Shown here: piece after piece, positions 38,501-50,563 of the stretch | Position numbering within the stretch: position 1 is the stretch's first letter | Layout of the letters: the number at the start of each line of letters is the position of its first letter | Origin: Raillietiella orientalis | Taxonomy: Eukaryota | Reading direction: 5' to 3' | NCBI GenBank assembly: GCA_036172245.1 | Contig: JAYWIR010000018.1 | Location: 1-64,000, forward strand | DNA length: 64,000 bases | Notes under the pieces: model-generated | The model's database searches: none | Told to the model about the DNA's origin: nothing | What the model saw: only the letters and a program-made list of their open reading frames with translations | Made by a program: the position numbers and the translations under genes

Positions 38501-39341
38501 CGAGTCGACAATCTGCCTGACCAATACAATTTTGTAGTTTCAGTCGAGCAGACGTTTCTTTTTGAGGGGTGGTATTGAGAAGGAGGCGAAGATTGGCGTC
38601 ATGCTGCCAAAGACCATCCTTCGGTGCTCTTCGACGCTGGAAGCAGGTGACATTGGCTTGTGGACAGCTTGCCGAGGGAGCGGGATCAGCGTCGCGATGC
38701 CGTGACCGCAGTTCTGCTGCCACGGGTCGTCGTCGGCGTTGTATTCGAATGGCACTCTGACGGATGCCGAAAGTCACCTTGCAGGAACATGAGTTGATGG
38801 CGGCCATCCCCACTCGGTGCGTCTACGCGGCTTCAGGATCGCGAGGAAGGTGGTTGCTTACGGCTGCACAGCGTGTCAGTTGCAGGCGTCGAGCTCTCTC
38901 GAGCGCTGCTGGCGAACTCCAGGCGCTTTGTGCTCCCGCTCCCGGAGGGAGACAGCAGCTCCACTGCACGGGTTGCGCAAGACCGCCCTCTTCCTTTTCT
39001 CTTCCAGGAAGACCAGCAGAGAGGCTGAAGCAGAAGGGCCGCCTCCGAAGGATTGTGGAGACTTGGCGGCGCCCTTCCCCTTCGGGGGACATCGTCGTCC
39101 GCTTGGCTCTCCCTTTCGAGGGTAGCGGATGCACATGAAGCTGCCTTCTTCTAGGGTGCAGGAGGACGCTGCCACGTCTCTTGCTTGTCTGGCGCTCCTT
39201 GGCATCCGCTTCCCACTCCACTCCAAACAGTTCTTTTCCTCCGAAGCAAAGTTTTATCTTTAAGGTGTATGGATTAATTAGTAATTTTTCTGTAGTAATG
39301 AAGGTTTATTTATTTTAATTAATTCTAAAATAATTTGGAGG

Positions 39342-39650
39342 TGCTGGTGCAGAAAGTGCTGAGGACTCAGCGTGCAGAAGTGCCGATGTGCCCCTCGCTG
39401 CATGAGCGACCGGCCAACACACTGCCATGCTGCTGGGGGGGCGACGCCGTCGCAGCGAGCCGGAGACCGGTCGCGCCCAAGGTCGGTGACGCCGATGGGC
39501 TCGTGGAAGCTCCCCTGTGGTGGGCGTGGAAGGACTCTGAGCTTCCACGAGAGCGCCTTATGTCGTGCGCGCCATCCGAGCCCCCCATCCGTCCTCCGCC
39601 GCCGATGTGCTCCGGTCGAATGTTCGAGACCCAACAAGGGAATGCTCGAA
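39342..39650 (-). mobile_element. Degenerate non-LTR retrotransposon fragment (post-RT GGLG region)
   Basis: The minus frame reads HRRRRTDGGLGWRARHKALSWKLR, resembling the ..GGLG motif that follows the RT domain in L1-group ORF2 (compare LCRPKEGGGTG at ~56040-56075). Confidence 0.45.
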
Positions 39651-42600
39651 AGCGGGATGGCTGGATGCTGAGGAGCTGAGAACCTGCAATCGAGATCCTC
39701 TGCGAGTCACGCTTCCTGACCAAAGCAGGCAGCTGCACGTGGGTTTGCGTTTCTTCGCACGCGTGAATTGTGCAGTGCCGCCTACTTATTTCTGTGAGTG
39801 ATGATTGCGTAGATGGTAACTGGAGGTTAGATAGGAGGGCAGGGCTTGGGATTTCGTCCTCATCCGATGGTGCATCAAAAGGCTCCCTTCCCATCATTCG
39901 AAGGGACTCCCATTGTTTGATCGGAAGAGGGAAACTGTCTGCGCCAATTTATTCCTGGGACTGCTTTCTCTTCAGCGAGGATCTTCACCCAACGGATTCT
40001 TCGATGGCATTTTAGATCATTGCATACAGGCAGGGCGGAGTCTGCGCGTATAGGGATGGCTGCTAGCGGCCCTGCGTGCGGTGCTCCTGGAGCGTGTTGA
40101 TTTCTCTTCTGCAAGCGACCTCGATGGTGATGGCAATCACTTTTTGCTCTCCAGTCATGCAAGAAGAGAAAATCATCGTATGAGGGAAATCATTTGTGGC
40201 GCACTCAAAGTTCTGCTCGGCAAGCAAGAGCAGGAATCCCTCGCGTTCCTTCATCTGTACTACTCCATGCCGCCGGTTGTCGACTGAGATGCATGGAAGG
40301 AAAAAAAACTCCAAGTGGTCGCTCGCTTGAGGATCCTTGCCGCGCAAAAAGTGGAGAATAGGATTTTCCGTGCCTGCGACCACTGTAGCGGCACGGAAAA
40401 TCAAAGCCTGCTTGTGACAGAGTTGTCTCGACCACAGTTGAGTCAAAACGCGGTTTACGCTGTATCTATGGAGGCTGGATGAAACGCGGAAACGCGTTTC
40501 AAAAACCGGATCTCGTGATGACAAGTCGCTGAAGTCCGCCCTGAGGACCGAAGCCTTCTCCCTGCTTATTAGACAAGGCCATGTGAAGCGCAATGGGAAA
40601 GGCGCAGCAAAACCTTGTAAGAATAGAAGAATCGTCCACATCCAGCGATGTGGCTGCGACTAATGCACCAGCGGTACAGCGATCCAAGCGTTCTTCGTAT
40701 ACGAAATCTCGTACGCCGACTGGTGGTACTTCTCGCAACATTTTGGTTCTGGGAAGGATTTTCTGGTCTTCCTGCCATCCTCGAAGCAGTGGCAGCTTGG
40801 TCGCAGGTAGTGCATATGCATCCATTTTGTTGCTGAGATGCTGGAGATCTTTCTCTTCGATTTCAACCTCTTTCGCCAAGTTTATTGTTTGCAGCTGTGT
40901 CTGTGTCATCTTCGACTGCAAGGAGCAGCTTCACCGATGGCCGTGCCCCGTTCCCGCATGTTCCTTGCAGTCGAAGAACGTATGAATTTTCCATTTTCCC
41001 GCTTCCCAGACAGAGTCTGCCAGAGACGAAGGCGAGATTTCGAGGACCGGCTCGTTTCCTCCTCTCTTCCTTCTCCTGGAGATGGCTGCGTTCCTTGGTC
41101 CACAAGCTTGGAGCGTGGAGCAAGCGCGGCTGAGGCAGGACAACCAGGTCTATCTGGGGAGAGCTGACTGCAGAAAGGGAGGAAGGGTTGACGGCCTTCG
41201 CAAACCCCTTCCGTCCCTCAGATTTTATATGACAAGAGCTCTCTGATGGACCTCAAGAAGAAACGATATTCAAACAAGAATTGGCCAAAGTAACGCAAAA
41301 TGTAAGTGTTGTAAGTAATGCTGCAGATTTGGAAGAACAGTTATTCATAAGTATTCATTCAAATGATTCCCATGATGAATCAGATTTGTTAGGCCCCAGT
41401 GAGTTGTCTCTAAGAACTGAAGTTAATGTTCCAAACATGATTGACACTGATTATCGATCAATTTATCAAGAAACAGCCTATCAGTCGTTAACTTTCATAA
41501 ATGGTAAGATGTCGCCACCTGCCTATAATAATTGATCATACGCAACACTGACTCCTCTGCAACCTTTACCTCCTCGTCCTTCGCCTTCATCGCCCGCACC
41601 GCCAACAATCTGGTGGTCATCTGCTTTGCAGAGCATTCTCCTGGAAAGCAGAAGTCTTTCTCATAAAGAAGGTGACGTCCCGAAGAAATTGCGGGGAGTC
41701 ACCACCACCTGCGCCTTGGACAGTCAGACGATGCCGTCCTAGAAATCTATAGGACCCTTTCGAACATACTAGGCGGCGCCTAGGTGCTTTCGCAGTCTGT
41801 AAGAAATGTTCCGGAGTACTTGAGCTTTCCTCCCGTTTCCAGGGGACAGGGGGAGAGGAGAACCTTGAAAACAGGAAGATGAGTGCTGATCCCACTTGGA
41901 GACTCCCTGGCCGCTGCTCTTCGTTTTCTCTGCCGTGCTTCTTGCAGCAGTAGGTGTGATCGGTTCGCCAGCTTGAGTGCCTGCACCGTGGAGGTCCTCG
42001 CTGCACTTGGAAGGATGCCGCCCTTCGCGAGACGCGGGAGTCCCTACTGCTAGCGCACGCTTCGCACGATCTCTTCGCAGTCCGCCCTCCCCATCGCCGC
42101 GGCCGTTTCCTTTCGTGAGCGCTGGCCGGAGCAGCGCGCGTGCGTCCACACCCGCCAGATCTCGGAGGCAAAGCCGGTGGCGCTGCTCCTCCGCACTTGC
42201 CCTCGTCCTCACCTTTTTCCTCCCATTGACCACGGGACTCAGACCAGCTGAACAATATTTGTGCAAGTCACCAGAACCATTGGAATCTAGTTTGGAACGT
42301 ATGTATGGAAGGAGGATAGAACGGATAAGAAGTTTCTAGGAAGGCCAGTTGCTCTTCCAGCGATGCCAAGGTGTAAGGCGAAAACGGTTGCAGAATAACC
42401 ACCTGTCACCATGTTTCAAGACATTGAAAAAAATGTGACTCGAAAATCTCGAGGTTTCATAGTGGTGATGATGGCAAAGTTGCCATGCAGGTTTAAGACT
42501 TGAGAACAGGATGGAATAGTCAGCGCTACCGACCACTGCCCGTGGTAGTTGCATATCCCCCGTAAATCAATTCCTGACTCTAGAGAGTTGGAGTTTTTCC

Positions 42601-43418
42601 AGTGTATCTACTTCTTAAGAGGCACCGGGTGGACATTTTCGACTTCGAGCACTGGTGTGCTTTTGTGACAGGAAACAAATAAGAGCTCTCAGTGTTTAAG
42701 GGTTCCCCGCGTTCCTAAATTACTTTCGAATAGGTTTCCGTGTAGTTACTGTCGCAAGTAAAAAAAAGAACAATAAAAAAGGAGAAAGTACTTTGATTTC
42801 CACTTTAGAGCCACAATGTGGGAAAGTATTAAGAGCTTGTTGTGATGAAAAGATCAAAATGTTGCGATCAAAGGAAATGTTTTTTGGAAATCCTGAAAAG
42901 TTATTCTACCATGATTACATGTTGGCACAAATGAGAAAAACCAGGAAAACAAAATACAAAACCAATGAAAGACGCCACAGTACATAACCAGGCGTTAAAA
43001 GACGTACACAATGCATGAAGCCTTTTCGTACTGTAAGACAGGCATGCTTTTCTGTGGCGTGTATTTGTTTTTTTCAACATCCGGTAAAGTTCCAGCATGC
43101 TGCAGGTGCATGTTGTTTGGTGAAGCTTGAGACAAACGGATAAAGATGATTTTTCACAAATTAATAAAAGAATTCACATTTCATAATCTCAAAATATGTA
43201 TTTTGAAAGGAGATTTTCAACGCGTATTTCACCTCAAAATTCTCCACGTGTATTTAAAATTCCGTCTCACCTAAACTTTCCAGTGATGTATTTAAGTACG
43301 CTGGTCGAATCATATACTTTTACATTTAAATCTTAATCAAAATTACAAAATTGTTGTACCTAATTTGATGCAAAAATATATTCTCGAACATAAAGCACCA
43401 TTGATTCCTCCATACAAA

Positions 43419-46400
43419 TTAATTTACTTGATCCACTGAATTCAATGCTAAGTACTGTAGGGTCATAGCACGCAAGAACAATGTCTTTCTCTTTATGGCA
43501 GCATCCCTGATAATTTCTTTGCTATTATCAGAATTCAGTTCCAGACTACCAATTTCCTTAAGCTACAATAATTTACAAAACTAGGTTTTGTGAAGCTGTT
43601 ACTAACCGCCACATTTTTCTTTTCAAGTTCCCCTTTCTGGTGGTGCATATAAACTAAAAATTCCAAAATAGTTATGTCCCAAATATGACAGTAATAAGCA
43701 TCAGAAGCATCATTGCATCCTCGTTCACTCAGCCATTTAAATGCTGTTGTATAGTCCACTGGATCTAGAAACTGACACAGAACAGCAGCCTGGATGACAA
43801 GAGTTATCACAAAGAGTATAAATAAATCTGCACTGACTTGTGTATAACACTGCAACTGGCAGCAGCAATAAATCATCTGATGAATGATAGAATCATTCAT
43901 CACATCATGTGATAATGGATGAGAAAAATAATCACTAGCAAGGGAAAGCATTTCCAAGTAATGATGAAGTGCTGTACCCCACTGCTGCCGAACTATAAAC
44001 AGAAACTGCATGCCAATGCATTAATTAACTTACTATAGCAAAATTCTGATCTTATTTGTAACCAAGGAATGTGTTCAGGATGATGAGATAAACCTTGTTC
44101 CAGAACCATATCCAGATAATCAACTACTGCTTCTAAGCTGCACCCACTACTACAAAATATAGAGGATCAACATCTTAGTCAATGAACTACTTACTGTCTA
44201 ATTGACATTGGCCAAAGACCAGGGAATTCATCATGAAGCTCTTGATTTGGCTCATTATGAATGAGAGTATGCAAATGACACAAACATGAAATAAGCACAG
44301 AGAACACTAATTTCTCTCTTATTTTTCCAAGAAAGCGACGAAATGCTTGTCGAGAGAGGGCAGACTGGGGTGATTCCTGAGTGCTAACTGAAGATGACCT
44401 TTTAGAAATGGCTCCAGAACTTGGATGCAATAGATTCACAACTGCTGTCCATAAACGTTCAGAGGCTGGCCCAGGGGTCAACAATCGATTGGAAGAAGCA
44501 GCAGCAGCCATATGACAAACTTGGGCTAACAAAGCTGCCAACTGCACTAATGTCCAACTGCTATCAGCTTCTGCTAAAGGTTCCCATTCCCCCACATTCA
44601 AGAGAAGGGCAACACAATGTTCCACAAGTTCAGAACGAGGAATGAGAAGTTCCCCACTATGCAATGTCCGCAAGCACTGTTTAGTTAGGGATACCAATTC
44701 GCCAACTCCTAATATCGATGCAAAAGTGTTTCGTTTCTATATCACGTACCTTCTCCATGAGGCCAAGCATCTAGAAATGACAAAATGCGCACCAGCAAAA
44801 TTTCCCAATGAATCAAATGAATTAATTTATACGCCCATGGAGCTGGTTGATGTACCTGGGAGGTATCTACTTCCGATATAACCACTTCAAGCAGATGGCA
44901 TGCCTCACTAAAACTCTGCCCAAATTTACGATAAACTACATATTAAGAGACAAACTTTCAAGTTGGTTAATTCTCTAGACTTGGCCATAGTCACATAAGC
45001 AAAGTTCTGTAAGAAGCCTGCAGGCATCATAGATATTGCACTTTGGACAGGTATAGCAAGTTCCCACTAAGAAATAAAAACCAATTGAAAATATGGGATA
45101 TAAAGGCGATCAGATAAACCTTGGCATAGACAGATCTTAAAGGACGATGTGGATCAGCAACAAGTAATCTCTGAATTAACTGCTGAATACACAAAGGATC
45201 ATAAGTTTCAATTAGTTCTCTTTCCAAGTATCCCAATTCCAATCTCTGATCTAGCATTAAAATCGTAAACAGTTAGAAAATGCTAATAACCAGAAATGTT
45301 GACAAGTCCATCACTTACCTAAAGGAGTACCAGAGGCCTCCATCCGTTTGGTGAATGCTGCAGGAGGGATTCCTTGTTCATATTTTTCTTGAGGTGGACA
45401 AACATTAATAGTTTCAAACAAACTCTTTTGGATTTCTGGATCCAGTCCTGATATTCTAGGATTTGCCTGAATAGCTAAGCTATGTATGAATTCTTTGAGT
45501 TGTTGCCACTCTGATTCTAAACAGCCTTTTTGGCAAGAGCTGATAACCTATGTTGGCTGTATACTGTCTTGAATTCCTGAAGCAGTTTACCATTTTTAGG
45601 AATGAAACATCTGCTAGTCCAGGTTGCTCAGCAACTAAAGCCAAATAGTCTAAACGAGGTAATTCCCCATCCAGAACACGCCGGATCACATTGCAGGTGG
45701 CAACCTGCAGGATCAATTTTTGATTAAACTCATAGAATGTCTTATGTTTACCTGATAATAGAGCTTGTACAGACGGTGAGACTTGGCTGAGATGAGACTG
45801 CATTCTAAACGCTCTCTCCAACACATTGGCAAGTTTTTCACCACATTATCTTCCAAGAGAATAGGTATTAAATCCTGCTAACTATTAGTAGTCCAATGAG
45901 GTACTTTAAGAACCTTATATTGGTCTTGAATTGATCTCTCAAACTGTTCCAAAAGAGTAGTCTTATGTTCTAAAATTCCCAAAGCTATGCAAAAGCCTTT
46001 CAATTCTTCTTCATCTACAGCAAACAGTTTTGTATTAAAAGCTGACGGTTTTATCTTCCAGGCCTCCGAAAAAAGAGAAGTTGCTTCTTCGTGACGATTC
46101 AAAATCATATAATAATATCCCAGGTCAAATGCAACCTTGATAATAGCTCAATATTCCTAACCATATGAATAATTACTCACTTTACACTGTAACTCTTTCA
46201 TGTCCACTGGCATTGCTTGTTTCCAAAATATTTGCAGATCAATCTCATTATACTTTGGAATGTCAAAGCAATTGGGACCAGGAACTAACAAAGAGCAACC
46301 TTTGCTAAAAGCAATCTTCTTTAAGATATCTGCATTGACAGGAAATTCAGTTTCCAGTTTCTGCAGCAAACCCTCTACATTCACTCCAGCAATTTGGACC

Positions 46401-47195
46401 ACAGGGACAGCTGAATTTGTAGGTCTTTAAAAAAAAAATTAAATTCAAAAGACAATTTTTCAACTTACAACGAAACAGGTAAATTCTTTGGAATTTTCTT
46501 AGGCAAAGCAGTTTTAGTTAAGGCTCTAATACTCCAGGAAAGATAAAGACTTAGCCCTAATAACATTTGTGGCAAAAGATCAGGAACATTGATTGATGAA
46601 AACACAGGCTGACTACCAAATGTTAAAAGTAACAAATGGTTGACCAATGAATACTGCAGTGGGAGGGGTACTCTTTAAAACACCATGTAATTACTGATTA
46701 ATGAGATACTGATCTCACTCTTTTTCCAACATATCAAAATTCCAATCCATGAATGCCATTGTTTTTAATGCTAGAAACTTGAGGGCTAGCGACTTTTTCT
46801 TCTCCATCATTTGTGATTCCAGAATAACTACTTCTGACTTGTCTTCAGTTGATGATAGTGGAGAAACTTCTGAATTGTTCAGAAACTGAATAATTAATTC
46901 TGGTGCTCGGGGATCTACAAGCATCGAATAAACAATAATATGTTGCATAAATAATTTTAATTCATTTCCAAGAAAACAAATAATCTTCTAATTCTATTAT
47001 TTAAATTCAACGATTCAATGATTCCAAGTTCACATAATCAAAATCGGTGGCCAAATTGTAAATTTTAATCATTCAGGATTATTTACGAAACATTACAAAG
47101 TTCTTACCTTGACAACTCTGAAGTAAATGTTTTTCTAACAAGTCTGGATTCAACAAAAAATCAAACCAGCTCAAATTCTGATGAAGTTGCACCAT
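43419..47195 (-). CDS. INTS8: Integrator complex subunit 8, 16 exons, 979 aa. Exons: 47195-47108, 46914-46719, 46672-46469, 46424-46181, 46135-45914, 45874-45752, 45704-45591, 45547-45319, 45250-45120, 45066-44956, 44915-44750, 44708-44195, 44149-44034, 43992-43838, 43789-43607, 43562-43419
   Basis: Manual GT-AG splicing gives one open 2940-nt CDS. The N-terminus (SWFDFLLNPDLLEKHL...DPRAPELIIQFL...LKFLALK), internal ELQCKVAFDLG and the C-terminus (AVLCQFL.PVDYTTAFK...IWDITILEFLVYMHHQKGE...IGSLELNSDN) match INTS8 as recalled. Confidence 0.95.
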
Positions 47196-48944
47196 TGCCT
47201 CACTGTATAACTGCAATTCCAAGATTGTTTCTATGTCAAATGATTACGTGCTTTGCAAGTGAACAAATTTATTTCCTGAAATCAAAAACTATAAACTACT
47301 GATTTCAACCGTAAAATTCCTAATGTTGAAATGGAAACTTTCGGTAACTTGTGTGAGTAAACGCGATAGTCATTCCTGAATATCTGATGAAATCGGGTAT
47401 TACTGCACATTACTGAATCCTGAGATAATAATTAATTTACTCGGCTTTGCCCTTGTTTCAACAGCTCCTTTCAAGAGTAGCTTGCTTTACATCGTTACAG
47501 AAACCACTGACGACAATCATTCAGATTACCTGATGATAATTTCATGGATACACCTTGGCTCCTAGCACAAAGAAACCCGCTTCACTTTCCATTTTTGAAT
47601 GTCCTAAGTAATTCGAGCACTCCTTTTCTCCGGATTTCCAAACCTCAAACGAGACTTCCACTTCTGCACTTCAAGCCATGAAGTGGCAACCCCTCGAACG
47701 CTTTCGGGAACACAGCGCTGGGGACGTCTCTGCCACAGCATCCCTGCCACTGCATCTCGACACCGTGCGTGCTTTGGTCAGGAACGGAATTCCTCCAGCG
47801 CCAGCACCGTCGGGATCTGTCGGCTCTCCTCCCTCGTCTCTTGGAAACGACCACCACGGGATCTGGCCTCGAACTTCAGATCTCTTCCCGTACCTCACCC
47901 TGTCCGCTCGACAAACACAGGAAGAGGGAGCAGTGATGTGAGATGCTTGCCTTCGGTGAACTTTGACAAGTTTTCATGCAACGAATTCTGAAACGCGCCC
48001 ACGTGCTCACGCAAAGTCTACACAGACATTTTTTTTATTTCCGAAGCACTTTCCCAACTGTGGTTTCCAGTATATATTGATGATGCCCTTTTCGAGATTC
48101 CATTACAAGTCAGTTAGATCTCTTCTTGGAACGTGGAGGTGTCGTGACGGAGGCTCTCTTCCGAAAACCAGAATAGTACTCAACAGGTCTCGACTTCCTA
48201 AATTATCTGAATCACTGCTTCAGACTCTCTAGGAATACCTTTTGTTTTCGTTTTTCTCCTAACCAGCATCATGTTTAAAGCAATCCAAGCAAGGGATGGT
48301 CACCACGAATTTTCTTCGTGCAAAATAAAATATTAGTGCATTCCTCCGTATGAGACCGTTCGTCTGGAAGGTCCATTTAACATTTGCAAAACGTTTACAT
48401 AATCATTTCCTATTGATTGCACTTGAAAAACAACTTCTACGGCGTAAAGATCAGAAAGATGAAAATTCTGTTTGGATTCTTAGAAAACGAAAAGGGAACA
48501 AAATCACAAAGATAACTTAATGCCAGGGGACTAAACAATTGCAGGTACCATTCAACGACTGCTGAACTCGCTGTTTCCCTATCAAAAATAAAGAAAAGCA
48601 CAATCCAAAATGAACACTTAGCTTTGAATAATCTAGCTACGTAGAGCTTGGTCATGTTTTCTCACTTGAGTATCACCATCCATTGTGAAATATTGCTTTC
48701 GAGATAAAATGAGCTATTTTTGAAATTCTCTGCAGCTTCTTTTTAAACATGGCAACAGATCAAGCGTTCTGCATTCTTATGGTTACATTATATACAGCCA
48801 ACCTTTCTAATTCCGTGGAGTTTCTATCATTCTTTGATTTGAAATAATGCATTAAGCATTTCTTGAAATGGTGGTTGTTGCGATGTAAGACCTTGTTCAT
48901 TGCGATTTTCGTTCGAAAAACAAAATATGCGAACAGGATCAATG

Positions 48945-48992
48945 CATTCTATGTAGTGCAAATATCAAAGTTGAATTCTTAAAGTTCGCGCC
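48945..48992 (+). repeat. Left copy of a 48-bp target-site duplication
   Basis: CATTCTATGTAGTGCAAATATCAAAGTTGAATTCTTAAAGTTCGCGCC, identical to 49931-49978. Confidence 0.9.
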
Positions 48993-49930
48993 TCCCTCAG
49001 AGAAGCCAGGGACAGCCAAGAGGAGGCTTCTTGCGAACTGTCCAGCCTCATCGGGGGCAGGAAAAAACTGATGAAGGCGTGGACGTCCCGGGAACTAGCG
49101 GACGCTACAACCCCGACTGTCCGGCCAAATGGAATTGTGCGCTGGGGCGAGCTGCTCGGCATGCCTCCGGAGGAGTGAAGTGGCCCCCAGCGTCTTGGGA
49201 AAACGGCACCCTCCCTTTGGATTGGCAGGAGACGGCGCTGCTTGTGCTCCATTGGGGACTTTTAAGCAGAGCACGCCTGTCTCACTGGACATTGGGGAGA
49301 TTGGATGCCCATTGTACAGAGTGTGGGGAAACGGAGGCCTTTCCCCACTTACTAATCGAGTGTGTTGCCCTCCGCCTCACGTGGGATCGACTCTCGTCGG
49401 CCATAAACGTAGCCGTGGGCGACCCTAAAAATATTTTTCGTCGCTTCTTGATGCGGAACTCCCTGCCAGGTGCCGCGTGTGTTGCAGTTCTCTGCTGCAT
49501 ACGGGGAATATTGGACAAGTGGAACGCGTCAAGGCCGCAGTAGTCGGAATGCCATCCACTGGTCAGTCATCTCCATGGAGAAGGCTTCCCGTTGGCGCCG
49601 GCTGAGAAAAATTCTGCCAGCACTTGTTCGCATCTGGAACCAGATGCAGAGGCCTCCCCTCGGCGAACCGTGATCCCTTCCCTTCCCTCCCCTCCCCATA
49701 AACATCGTCCCCCTAGCGTTTTTACTTTTTTTTGTTTTTTATCTTTTTCTTGTCCCCTTTGCGAGTGGAGAAGGCCTTACCGGCACTCAAGTCGGAAAAC
49801 AAGTGCATAACAAATACGAACAATGTGTCCTGACAGGAACACAAATACAATTAAAAATCAATCGACTGCAATTAATAATTGTTATTTTGGTTTTTTAAAT
49901 AATAAAAGCTCCGGCTTATCCGGGTGAAAA
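48993..49930 (+). mobile_element. 5'-truncated non-LTR (L1/Tx1-like) retrotransposon: ORF2 C-terminus with CCHC zinc finger and 3' UTR
   Basis: ORF 49031-49543 contains HCTECGETEAFPHLLIEC (CX2C..H..C). The insert is GC-rich within AT-rich DNA, has AATAAA at 49901 and ends in AAAA, bounded by the 48-bp direct repeat. Confidence 0.85.
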
Positions 49931-49978
49931 CATTCTATGTAGTGCAAATATCAAAGTTGAATTCTTAAAGTTCGCGCC
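49931..49978 (+). repeat. Right copy of the 48-bp target-site duplication
   Basis: Identical to 48945-48992. Confidence 0.9.
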
Positions 49979-50043
49979 AAGTCCGTTCCCTTCTCCTTAG
50001 TAACATCCAAGCGAGATATGAAATATCAAAATTTCTACCATCA

Positions 50044-50563
50044 GCGCGCGCTGTCGTGAAGGAGGGGAACAATTCCTGATCTCAGCATTCCACGTCGTCG
50101 GTTCTGAATGGCACGAGGCAGTTTTGAAAGTGTTTCTACACAGTAAACTTGCGAATTGATGTTTGTTCCAGGCTCCATAAAGTCAGCACACATTGCTGTC
50201 CGCACATTCCAGACGATTCGGAAATTCAAATGGGAAGCTTTTGATCACCCAATTCTGACCTCGCCCCCAGTGACCACCACGTCTTCCTCCACCTCAAGTG
50301 GCTCAATGATTCGAGGGGGAAAAAGAGGAGTTGAAAACTTTCGGTACTGCTGGATTGACTGAGCCCCCAGGCGACGGAATTTCGTGCAGACGGTTTTGAA
50401 AAGCTCGTTCCACGGTATCAAATGTGTTTGAAAAAAAATGATGACTGAGTAGAGGAATGACATGGGGATGTACACGTTTCGAGCCACCAATACACATTTT
50501 TGTTTCTCTTATTTGCTCTTTCTTTATATCCGATCGGCCCTTTCTTTTGAAATGCTCCTCGTA
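50044..50563 (+). mobile_element. Mariner (Tc1/mariner) transposon relic: C-terminal transposase region and right TIR, with an inverted 5' segment
   Basis: Minus strand 50185-50044 encodes DFMEPGTNINSQVYC.ETLSKLPRAIQNRRRGMLRSGIV.LLHDSAR. Plus strand from 50186 encodes AHIAVRT...KFKWEAFDHP/SDLAPSDHHVFLHLK...GFEKLVPRYQMCL...VEE*. The end ...CTTTTGAAATGCTCCTCG-TA (50563) resembles a mariner TIR plus TA target. Confidence 0.88.

Noticed and set aside
39650..42600. Many overlapping 60-210 aa ORFs as real genes
   Set aside because: ORFs occur in all frames of GC-rich DNA with no recognisable domain or consistent exon structure.
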